Positions 29,038 through 35,352 of a DNA stretch of 36,412 nt are shown here, piece after piece (position 1 is the first letter of the stretch; every line of letters begins with the position of its first letter). The notes below the pieces were generated by a model that was not told the origin of the DNA, searched no databases, and saw only the letters and a program-made list of their open reading frames with translations. The position numbers and the translations under genes are program-made. Source of the stretch: a virus (lineage: Duplodnaviria; Heunggongvirae; Uroviricota; Caudoviricetes); IMG/VR virus record IMGVR_UViG_3300043436_004120, positions 64,001 to 100,412 of that record, one strand, 5' to 3'.

Positions 29038-29361
29038 ATGACTGCTAAAACTGTGAACTATACCCCTGAGCAAACCTTGCAAATGGTTGCCGACTACCAA
29101 GCCGGTGCAACTGTTGAAACCATTGCTGAAAAGTTGGGCAAGACCGTGCGTTCGGTGGTTGCCAAACTGTCACGCGAAAAGGTTTACGTTGCTAAAACGT
29201 ACGTTTCCAAAACTGGTGAGGCTGTAATCAAAAAGGATGCTGTTGCAGACTACATTGCTGAGGCTCTTGGCTTGGGTGAGGCTGATGCTGAATCGCTAAC
29301 CAAAGCTAACAAAACTGCGCTGAAAGCCATTGCAGATTTCATCAAGGCTGAAAAGACCTGA
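29038..29361 (+). CDS. HTH DNA-binding protein, T5 A2-like, paralogue 1
   Basis: YTPEQT...IAEKLGKTVRSVVAKLSRE..Y HTH; KK...SLTKANKTAL C-terminus like A2; strong RBS. Confidence 0.7.
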   Translation: MTAKTVNYTPEQTLQMVADYQAGATVETIAEKLGKTVRSVVAKLSREKVYVAKTYVSKTGEAVIKKDAVADYIAEALGLGEADAESLTKANKTALKAIADFIKAEKT

Positions 29362-29366
29362 TTTGT

Positions 29367-29391
29367 GCAGGGGATTGCATCCCCTGCTTTT
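29367..29391 (+). terminator. Intrinsic terminator overlapping the -35 of the next promoter
   Basis: GCAGGGGAT-TGC-ATCCCCTGC-TTTT. Confidence 0.75.
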
Positions 29392-29426
29392 GTGTGATAT
29401 AATTGTTTTTTAACTTGGAGAATATG

Positions 29427-29738
29427 ATGAAACTGTCAGCAATTGAAAAAACTATCCGCAAAGAACTCAAACAAGACCTGGCCCAGGCTAATGGACAGGT
29501 TTTCACTGATGAGGACTTTAGCATTACTGTGGTGGCTGTGCCTGCGTGTGGGCGTGAGGATTCGGCTTTTGTGCACGTTGCCGTGGCACAATGTAGCTCA
29601 GGCGACACATTCAAGCGCAAGCGTGGCGAACTGATTGCGCTTGAGCGTTGGGCTGATGGTTGCGTGTTGAGCGTTCGCCGTAATGGGCGATGCTTGCAAG
29701 ATGTTGCTGATGACTTGGTAGGATTCTTGACAATGTAA
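29427..29738 (+). CDS. Hypothetical phage protein with C-x3-D-x-F-x4-G-x2-IA motif
   Basis: GGAG RBS; VAVAQCSSGDTFKRKRGELIALER. Confidence 0.65.
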   Translation: MKLSAIEKTIRKELKQDLAQANGQVFTDEDFSITVVAVPACGREDSAFVHVAVAQCSSGDTFKRKRGELIALERWADGCVLSVRRNGRCLQDVADDLVGFLTM

Positions 29739-29753
29739 TCTTTTGTTTCCAAT

Positions 29754-29821
29754 CCGCAAATGAATACTTTTGTTTGCGGCTTGGGGCGCCAATTATATCA
29801 CATATAATTGGCCCGTGTCAA
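29754..29821 (-). repeat. Early-region repeat, copy A (antisense promoter plus 18-mer core)
   Basis: ATGAATACTTTTGTTTGC 29760-29777; GGCGCC; ATTATA 29792; TGTCAA 29816-29821. Confidence 0.85.
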
Positions 29822-29902
29822 GGGTTTGGTGATTGATTTTTACAATCACTGCGATAAATAAAATCAATGCTCAAACACTTGCCAATGGCTTATAATACAC
29901 AC

Positions 29903-30034
29903 ATGAACACAAACACTTACATTGTCCACAATATGTCCGGCGTATATTATGATATGCTTATGAATAGTTGCCCTGCATGGGTCTGGACAGATACAGAATT
30001 TGAAGATTATTTTGCAATGATGACAGGATGTTAA
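29903..30034 (+). CDS. Hypothetical protein (43 aa), probably leaderless
   Basis: ATG 6 nt after TATAAT; MNTNTYIVHNMSGVYY...; stop 1 nt before the next ATG. Confidence 0.55.
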   Translation: MNTNTYIVHNMSGVYYDMLMNSCPAWVWTDTEFEDYFAMMTGC

Positions 30035-30035
30035 C

Positions 30036-30356
30036 ATGAAACAATTTATTGATTATCTCAAATTAAAAAAGCCCGTTACAATTCGGATTGTGCCACGCAA
30101 GAATTCACAATGTGATGCTGAATACGAACCTGAGTATTCAGAACGCGGCAAATTGTGTGAACACATTATTACAGTTTACACCAAGAATGCAACCCGTGAT
30201 TTTGAAACCCTTATTGCACATGAATTAATTCACGCATGGCAAGAAGAAAATAAAAAAACAGAAACACATGGCCCTGCATTTATTAAATATGCAAACAAAA
30301 TACAACGTGATTTTGGCTTGCGTGATGTTTACATTTCAGGCATTGACTTAGAATAG
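30036..30356 (+). CDS. SprT-like zinc metalloprotease
   Basis: TLIAHELIHAW...HGPAF (HExxH plus downstream HG..F). Confidence 0.75.
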   Translation: MKQFIDYLKLKKPVTIRIVPRKNSQCDAEYEPEYSERGKLCEHIITVYTKNATRDFETLIAHELIHAWQEENKKTETHGPAFIKYANKIQRDFGLRDVYISGIDLE

Positions 30357-30366
30357 AAACCAAGGT

Positions 30367-30440
30367 TTGCAAACAAAAATGAATACTTTTGTTTGCAAGT
30401 TGGCGCCAATATTATACTATATAATATTTGGCCGTGTCAA
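30367..30440 (-). repeat. Early-region repeat, copy B
   Basis: TTGCAAACAAAA-ATGAATAC-TTTTGTTTGCAA (12-bp stem); GGCGCC; ATTATA 30411; TGTCAA 30435-30440. Confidence 0.88.
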
Positions 30441-30584
30441 GGGGTTGTGCGAAAAAACAACGAAAATAATTGTAACAGTCGGGGCAAATTGTTACACTTT
30501 ATTTTGTTGAAACAACAAAAAAAGCCTTGCAAAGCTCAAAAAGCCTGATATAATTACTACATCAACAACGAACAGAGGTTCAAA

Positions 30585-31061
30585 ATGGCTAAGATTACAA
30601 AGGTTTCGATTTACGACATGGATGGTACTATTGTTTGCAGTTTGCACAGATATAGAACTATTGTTGACGAAAACGGCGAGCGTATTGATTTGAATTACTG
30701 GCGCGAAAATGAGTATCGCGCAATGGATGATTCATTATTGCCATTAGCATCACAATATCGTGCTGATTTGCGTGATGATAATACTTTTGTGATTATTGCC
30801 ACTGCCCGAGTTTTGCGTGATGCTGACAATGAATTCATTAAAACTGTTTTAGGTGAACCCGATTATATTATTAGTCGGGTTGACGGTGATTCAACTTCAG
30901 GCGGTAAACTCAAAATCGCTGGTTTGGCAAAGTTTTTTAATCTTAAAAACTTCAAAGATGCTGAATTTACATTTTATGAAGATAATACCACTTATTTAAA
31001 AGCTGTCTGTGACCGTTTTAATATTCGTGGGGTTTATGTTCCATCAAAACAAGGTCACTAA
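30585..31061 (+). CDS. HAD-superfamily phosphatase (polynucleotide kinase phosphatase-like)
   Basis: IYDMDGTI motif I, IIATAR motif II, FYEDN motif IV. Confidence 0.8.
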   Translation: MAKITKVSIYDMDGTIVCSLHRYRTIVDENGERIDLNYWRENEYRAMDDSLLPLASQYRADLRDDNTFVIIATARVLRDADNEFIKTVLGEPDYIISRVDGDSTSGGKLKIAGLAKFFNLKNFKDAEFTFYEDNTTYLKAVCDRFNIRGVYVPSKQGH

Positions 31062-31097
31062 AATATAATCCCTTCGGGGATTATAAAGGATTATAAA

Positions 31098-31253
31098 ATG
31101 ATTAATCGCATTAAATTTTGGCTCAATATGTTATTGATTCCAATATACACTATTCTATTTTTTATTGTTGGGCAAAAACATTTATATAATGAATATATAG
31201 ATGAATTAAAATTGGCCATTAATGAAACAAAAAGAAAATATAATATAAAATAA
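31098..31253 (+). CDS. Small membrane protein (51 aa)
   Basis: AAAGGA RBS; hydrophobic stretch FWLNMLLIPIYTILFFIV; not in the supplied ORF track. Confidence 0.55.
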   Translation: MINRIKFWLNMLLIPIYTILFFIVGQKHLYNEYIDELKLAINETKRKYNIK

Positions 31254-31263
31254 CACTTTTGTT

Positions 31264-31333
31264 TGCAAACCAAAATGAATACTTTGGTTTGCAGTTTGCG
31301 CCAATTATATCATTATAATTGTGCCCGTGTCAA
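31264..31333 (-). repeat. Early-region repeat, copy C
   Basis: TGCAAACCAAA-ATGAATAC-TTTGGTTTGCA (compensatory change relative to B); GCGCC; ATTATA 31304; TGTCAA 31328-31333. Confidence 0.88.
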
Positions 31334-31401
31334 GTTTTTTCGTATAACTTATTTTTCGTGTGTGATTAAAAAACAACAAAATTCTGTGATATAATTCAGG
31401 C

Positions 31402-31782
31402 ATGGACAAAAAAGCACTTTTAACCCACTTACAGCGTGAGACTGTAATGATTTGGGATACACTTTGCGAAATTTATACACCTTTGGTTCACTACAACGAG
31501 CCAAAGGTAGAACTTAACCCTTACTTTTGGCGCTGTGCTGGTGCGTGTTTTCAGGAACAAAACCGCATACAAATGGGTTACAAATTTTTCAAAGCTAAAA
31601 CAGAATATTTCAATATCATGATGGATGTAATACTTCCGCATGAAATTATTCATCAGGCTGACTGGAATCTTTTCGGAAAATCCGAAAAAATTTGTGGGCA
31701 TGGTGAAAATTGGCAAAAAATCATGGTAGAATATGGGCTAGACCCTAACCCACATCACACAATGGAGATTTTGAGAAAATGA
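31402..31782 (+). CDS. SprT-like zinc metalloprotease, second copy
   Basis: ILPHEIIH...GHGENWQKIM...G; ATG 6 nt after TATAAT. Confidence 0.8.
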   Translation: MDKKALLTHLQRETVMIWDTLCEIYTPLVHYNEPKVELNPYFWRCAGACFQEQNRIQMGYKFFKAKTEYFNIMMDVILPHEIIHQADWNLFGKSEKICGHGENWQKIMVEYGLDPNPHHTMEILRK

Positions 31783-31994
31783 TTACTTTTGTTTCTTGGT
31801 TTGGTACTGTTGCAAGTATCCTTGGCAGTTTTGCAGTTGCAACCGCAATGTTTAAATTGGGATATGTTTTGTTTACTTTTGGTTCACTGGCTTGGTTGAT
31901 GGTTGCTTTTGTTCGCAAAGACAAGTCGCTGGGTGTACTTAATGGCACATTTTTTGTTGCCAACCTTTTGGGCATTTACAATAACTTTTTTTGA
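31779..31994 (+). CDS. Three-TM small membrane protein (PnuC/half-transporter-like)
   Basis: WFGTVASILG...GSLAW...KD..L..LN..F...N..GI; three hydrophobic helices. Confidence 0.6.
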   Translation: MITFVSWFGTVASILGSFAVATAMFKLGYVLFTFGSLAWLMVAFVRKDKSLGVLNGTFFVANLLGIYNNFF

Positions 31995-32055
31995 AGTTTT
32001 TTGTAAATTCTCGAAAAACTGTGTTATAATCTAGGCTTACCAACTGAAAGCAATC

Positions 32056-32754
32056 ATGGCTAAAAAACAATTCTTTGCAATTCTTGACACTGAAACCACA
32101 ATTGAAAATACTGTGGCTGATTTTGCCATTATTATCGTTGACCGACAAGGCAAAATCCATAATCAATGCGCTGTTTTGGTAAATAATCATTATGGCAATT
32201 TTGAATTGTTTCACGATAAAAAAGCCAATGATATTTGGGGTTATTCTGGTTTGGAAAAACGAAAAGCCAATTATGTGAAAATGCTAGATAATGGCTCACG
32301 TATGCTTGCCTCAATTAATGCCATTAATAAATGGATAAACCAAGCCATTGGCAAATATAATCCTATTTTGACTGCATATAATCTCAGTTTCGATTTAGAC
32401 AAATGCCAAAATACTGATATTGATTTATCTGGTTTCACAGAAAAGTTTTGTTTGTGGCAAGCCGCTATTGGTAATATCTGCAATAAAAAACAATATCGTG
32501 ATTTTGTTTTGCAAAATCACCTTTTTAATAAACCCACAGTAAATGGCAATATGACATTTTCAACAACTGCTGAATCAGTTTGTGGTTTTATTAATGGTGA
32601 ATTTAAAATCGAGCCACATACTGCCTTAGAAGATGCCCGTGATTTTGAATTGCCGATTTTGCAAGCCGTTATTAATAAACGCGATTGGCGCGAGAAAATG
32701 ACACCATATAACTGGAAACAGTTTCAAGTAAAAGACCATTTCAAACCCGCATAA
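32056..32754 (+). CDS. DEDDh-family 3'-5' exonuclease
   Basis: ILDTETT (Exo I), AYNLSFD (Exo II), HTALEDA (Exo III). Confidence 0.85.
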   Translation: MAKKQFFAILDTETTIENTVADFAIIIVDRQGKIHNQCAVLVNNHYGNFELFHDKKANDIWGYSGLEKRKANYVKMLDNGSRMLASINAINKWINQAIGKYNPILTAYNLSFDLDKCQNTDIDLSGFTEKFCLWQAAIGNICNKKQYRDFVLQNHLFNKPTVNGNMTFSTTAESVCGFINGEFKIEPHTALEDARDFELPILQAVINKRDWREKMTPYNWKQFQVKDHFKPA

Positions 32755-32769
32755 TATAGGGGCGATTAT

Positions 32770-32886
32770 ATGAAAGCATTATATATAATCGCCCTTTGCT
32801 TTCATTTACTGGAAGAAAAGCGATTAGAAACTAAATACGAAACAAACCCTTTTCAAATTCAAACTGTGACGGAGATAATCAAATGA
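32770..32886 (+). CDS. Hypothetical protein (38 aa)
   Basis: AGGGG RBS; ATGA overlap with the PQ-loop gene; not in the supplied track. Confidence 0.45.
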   Translation: MKALYIIALCFHLLEEKRLETKYETNPFQIQTVTEIIK

Positions 32887-33134
32887 TGGAAACTATTGGC
32901 TGGATTGGTTCTATATTATTGGCATTTTGTGGATTACCTCAAGCCATAGAATCTTATAAAACAAAAAACTCGGATGGATTAACTTGGGGCTTTTTGGGAA
33001 TGTGGGGAATGGGCGAGATATTCACCATAATCTACATTTTACCAAAATGGCATTGGCCGCTGATATTTAATTATACCGCCAACATTATATTTATTTCGAT
33101 TATCTTGTATTATAAGATTAAACCGAAAAGATAA
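32883..33134 (+). CDS. PQ-loop / SemiSWEET-like three-TM transporter
   Basis: IGWIGSILLAFCGLPQAIESYKTKNSDGLTW (PQ motif), then two more TM helices with PL..NY. Confidence 0.82.
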   Translation: MMETIGWIGSILLAFCGLPQAIESYKTKNSDGLTWGFLGMWGMGEIFTIIYILPKWHWPLIFNYTANIIFISIILYYKIKPKR

Positions 33135-33135
33135 T

Positions 33136-33161
33136 AAAAAGCCCCAGGACGGGGCTTTTTT
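33136..33161. terminator. Bidirectional intrinsic terminator
   Basis: AAAAAGCCCC-AGGAC-GGGGCTTTTTT. Confidence 0.85.
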
Positions 33162-33168
33162 ATTTGTG

Positions 33169-33249
33169 AAACAAAAGTATTCATGACCAAAAATGAATAC
33201 TTTTGTTTTCGGGGCGCCAATTATATCATTATAATTGTGCCCGTGTCAA
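33169..33249 (-). repeat. Early-region repeat, copy D (core present as a 16-bp inverted pair)
   Basis: AAACAAAAGTATTCAT-N8-ATGAATACTTTTGTTT; GGCGCC; ATTATA 33220; TGTCAA 33244-33249. Confidence 0.88.
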
Positions 33250-33334
33250 CATTTATTTATAACATATTTTTTGTAGGGGATTAAAAAACAACACAATTTT
33301 ATGGTATAATTAGGTGTGGGCGCGCCAAAAATTT

Positions 33335-33423
33335 ATGGATACTTTTGTTTGCAAAAATTTCTGTGAACCAAAGCATTACAAGCCTGGCGCCAAAATTATA
33401 CCACACGCCCAAAAAGCTGTCAA
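33335..33423 (-). repeat. Early-region repeat, copy E (core more distant from the promoter)
   Basis: ATGGATACTTTTGTTTGC 33335-33352; GGCGCC 33386; ATTATA 33395; TGTCAA 33418-33423 (17-nt spacer). Confidence 0.75.
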
Positions 33424-33505
33424 TAGGGGTTTATCCCTATGTTGTATTTTCGCAAATTTTAAAAAACACTTGTTTTTTGCCTGTTTTGTCTGTATAATAG
33501 AACAC

Positions 33506-33688
33506 ATGATGAAAACAAAAACCCTTCCAAAAAGTCGTGGCTTTGCCACTGTTGTAAATGGTAAACTTACTGTTTACGTTGGTGCAACTCAGCGTGAAAT
33601 GACTATGAAGTTTTTTAATACTAAAGTAGTCAAGGTAAAATTTGACTATTTGGGGCTTGGACGGGTTGCAAATGTTGAAATTGTGTGA
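33506..33688 (+). CDS. Hypothetical basic protein (60 aa), probably leaderless
   Basis: ATG 7 nt after TATAAT; MMKTKTLPKSRGFATVVNGK...; the longer 33314 start crosses repeat E and is not credible. Confidence 0.6.
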   Translation: MMKTKTLPKSRGFATVVNGKLTVYVGATQREMTMKFFNTKVVKVKFDYLGLGRVANVEIV

Positions 33689-33721
33689 TATAATTGTTTT
33701 TTAACCTGAAAGGAAATCAAA

Positions 33722-34054
33722 ATGGAAAAAGCAACTAAGGCGGTCAACTATACCGCAGAGCAAACCGCTAAAATGGTGGCCGATTATGCGGCTGGTGTCG
33801 CAGTTGAGACAATCGCTGAAAATTTGGGCAAAACCGTTCGTTCGGTTGTGGCTAAACTGTCACGCGAAAAAGTCTACGTGGCTAAAACTTATGTTTCAAA
33901 AACTGGTGCTCCAGTAATCAAAAAGGATGCACACGCTGATGCAATCGGCGCGATTCTCAAATTGTCTGAGAATGAGATCGAAAGTCTTACAAAAGCCAAT
34001 AAAACGGCACTGGAAAAGATTTTCTCAGCATTGGCAAATTCTAAGCCAATCTGA
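33722..34054 (+). CDS. HTH DNA-binding protein, T5 A2-like, paralogue 2
   Basis: GKTVRSVVAKLSREKVYVAKTYVSKTG identical to paralogue 1; own promoter and AAGGA RBS. Confidence 0.7.
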   Translation: MEKATKAVNYTAEQTAKMVADYAAGVAVETIAENLGKTVRSVVAKLSREKVYVAKTYVSKTGAPVIKKDAHADAIGAILKLSENEIESLTKANKTALEKIFSALANSKPI

Positions 34055-34057
34055 TTA

Positions 34058-34076
34058 ATGGGGCATTATGCCCCAT
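34058..34076 (+). terminator. Hairpin / probable terminator
   Basis: ATGGGGCAT-T-ATGCCCCAT followed by TTT. Confidence 0.55.
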
Positions 34077-34101
34077 TTTCCCTTTTTAATCTGGAGATAA
34101 T

Positions 34102-34353
34102 ATGTTTTTTAATTTGCCCTCATTTGCTGATAAACCCGTTGTTCTAACATTTTGCCAATTGGGTATTAATCCCCAAGATTATAATGGTTTGCCATTTGAG
34201 AAAATCAGGCCTGAATATATTAATATCGCGGCGGATTATCTGCTGGATATTACTGGCGATTATGACTATGAGTTATTCGCGCATTATGAATGGGAAATTG
34301 ATTATGTCCAGCGATTAATTAAAATCCCCCGATCAGCATTTGTTCCTGATTAA
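34102..34353 (+). CDS. Hypothetical protein (83 aa)
   Basis: GGAG RBS; clean ORF between two terminators. Confidence 0.65.
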   Translation: MFFNLPSFADKPVVLTFCQLGINPQDYNGLPFEKIRPEYINIAADYLLDITGDYDYELFAHYEWEIDYVQRLIKIPRSAFVPD

Positions 34354-34357
34354 TTTT

Positions 34358-34380
34358 AAAACCCGCATAATGCGGGTTTT
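34358..34380. terminator. Bidirectional intrinsic terminator
   Basis: AAAACCCGCAT-A-ATGCGGGTTTT. Confidence 0.8.
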
Positions 34381-34393
34381 ATTTTGCCCACTA

Positions 34394-34482
34394 ATGTGTA
34401 CTTTTGTTTGCCATGCAAAAATGAATACTTTTGTTTGCAATTTGGCGCCAAAATTATAGCATAGAATTTTAGCCTGTGTCAA
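34394..34482 (-). repeat. Early-region repeat, copy F (two direct cores)
   Basis: ATGTGTACTTTTGTTTGC 34394-34411 and ATGAATACTTTTGTTTGC 34421-34438; GGCGCC; ATTATA 34453; TGTCAA 34477-34482. Confidence 0.88.
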
Positions 34483-34527
34483 GCACTGTTACAAACTGTT
34501 ACAATTGGATGTTGTTTTTTTGCCACC

Positions 34528-34542
34528 TGGCACGATTCTTGC
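34528..34542 (+). promoter_or_regulatory. sigma54 (-24/-12) consensus site
   Basis: TGGCACGATTCTTGC matches TGGCACG-N4-TTGC. Confidence 0.55.
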
Positions 34543-34552
34543 GCCAGCGGCC

Positions 34553-34573
34553 AAATGCGAATCATTATCATTT
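34553..34573. promoter_or_regulatory. Fur-box-like site
   Basis: AAATGCGAATCATTATCATTT; 7-1-7 core TGCGAAT-C-ATTATCA vs consensus TGATAAT-N-ATTATCA. Confidence 0.55.
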
Positions 34574-34590
34574 GCGTTCGCAATTGCGTA

Positions 34591-34638
34591 TATGCTTATA
34601 TAATTATATGCTTATATAATTATATGCTTATATAAGCA
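34591..34638. repeat. AT-rich 16-bp tandem repeat, 3 copies
   Basis: TATGCTTATATAATTA twice, then TATGCTTATATAAGCA; the last copy contains the palindrome TGCTTATATAAGCA. Confidence 0.9.
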
Positions 34639-34649
34639 AATAAGCATAA

Positions 34650-34666
34650 AGCACCATAATGGTGCT
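34650..34666. promoter_or_regulatory. NtrC-box-like palindrome
   Basis: AGCACCATAATGGTGCT matches GCACC-N5-GGTGC. Confidence 0.55.
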
Positions 34667-34752
34667 GCGCCAGTGGAAAACCTTGTCAAGTGCAAAACCT
34701 TGGGCCTCATGCGCCAGTGGCCAATCAAGTGCAAAAACGTAGTGGTTGGTCT

Positions 34753-34787
34753 GCGCCATTATACCAGTGGCCAATCAATTGTGTCAA
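34753..34787 (-). promoter_or_regulatory. Early-region repeat, copy G (antisense promoter only)
   Basis: GCGCC-ATTATA-N18-TGTCAA. Confidence 0.65.
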
Positions 34788-34859
34788 GTAAAAAATTTTT
34801 TATTTGATCCGTGTGCCCAAGTTTTGTATAATTGTTATATCAACAGTAAGGAACCACAC

Positions 34860-34991
34860 ATGACAACAGCCGATTTTTTCGCAGATTTTGCATACGAGCA
34901 GTACTCGGAATTTGTGGACCACGAACTTCGCGAAATGTTCCAGTGTACCAACCCTCAAGACAAAAATTTTGATCTTGATGTTCCATTCTAA
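34860..34991 (+). CDS. Small acidic protein (43 aa)
   Basis: AAGGA RBS, own promoter; MTTADFFADFAYEQYSEFVDHELREMF...DLDVPF. Confidence 0.6.
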   Translation: MTTADFFADFAYEQYSEFVDHELREMFQCTNPQDKNFDLDVPF

Positions 34992-35040
34992 TCACGGTAT
35001 AATAATATCTTCAACAGCGCAGAAACCAACCAAAGGACAT

Positions 35041-35352
35041 ATGATGACTAAAGCAACCCCTCAAAACTACACCCCCGAGCAAACCGTGGAACTCGTCACT
35101 GGCTACCAGTCGGGCAAAACCGTTGAGCAACTGGCCGAGACTCTGGGCAAAACCGTGCGTTCGGTTGTGGCTAAACTGTCGCGCGAAGGCGTGTACGTGG
35201 CCAAGACCAAGGCAACTGGCCAAGCCCGTGTAAAGAAAGCCGAGCTGGTGGACAAACTGGCACTGGCCTGTGGCGTAGCTCCAGAAGTGTTTGAATCGCT
35301 GGAAAAGGCCAATCACGAAGTCTTGGAACGACTTGTTGCCGAACTGGCCTGA
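35041..35352 (+). CDS. HTH DNA-binding protein, T5 A2-like, paralogue 3
   Basis: AAAGGA RBS; LGKTVRSVVAKLSREGVYVAKT...SLEKAN; true start 35041, not 34888. Confidence 0.7.
   Translation: MMTKATPQNYTPEQTVELVTGYQSGKTVEQLAETLGKTVRSVVAKLSREGVYVAKTKATGQARVKKAELVDKLALACGVAPEVFESLEKANHEVLERLVAELA

Noticed and set aside
29754-34482. CRISPR array interpretation of the 18-mer repeats
   Set aside because: Copies are separated by hundreds of bases of genes, spacing is irregular, no cas genes are present, and the repeat ends do not resemble CRISPR repeats I know
34486-34504. LexA or DnaA box in the hub
   Set aside because: No CTGT-N8-ACAG palindrome and no TTATCCACA match; the element is a 10-bp-period direct repeat
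33314-34991. Longer ORF starts at 33314, 34746 and 34888 from the track
   Set aside because: They use GTG/CTG-type or upstream starts running through repeats and promoters; shorter starts at 33506, 34860 and 35041 fit promoter and RBS positions
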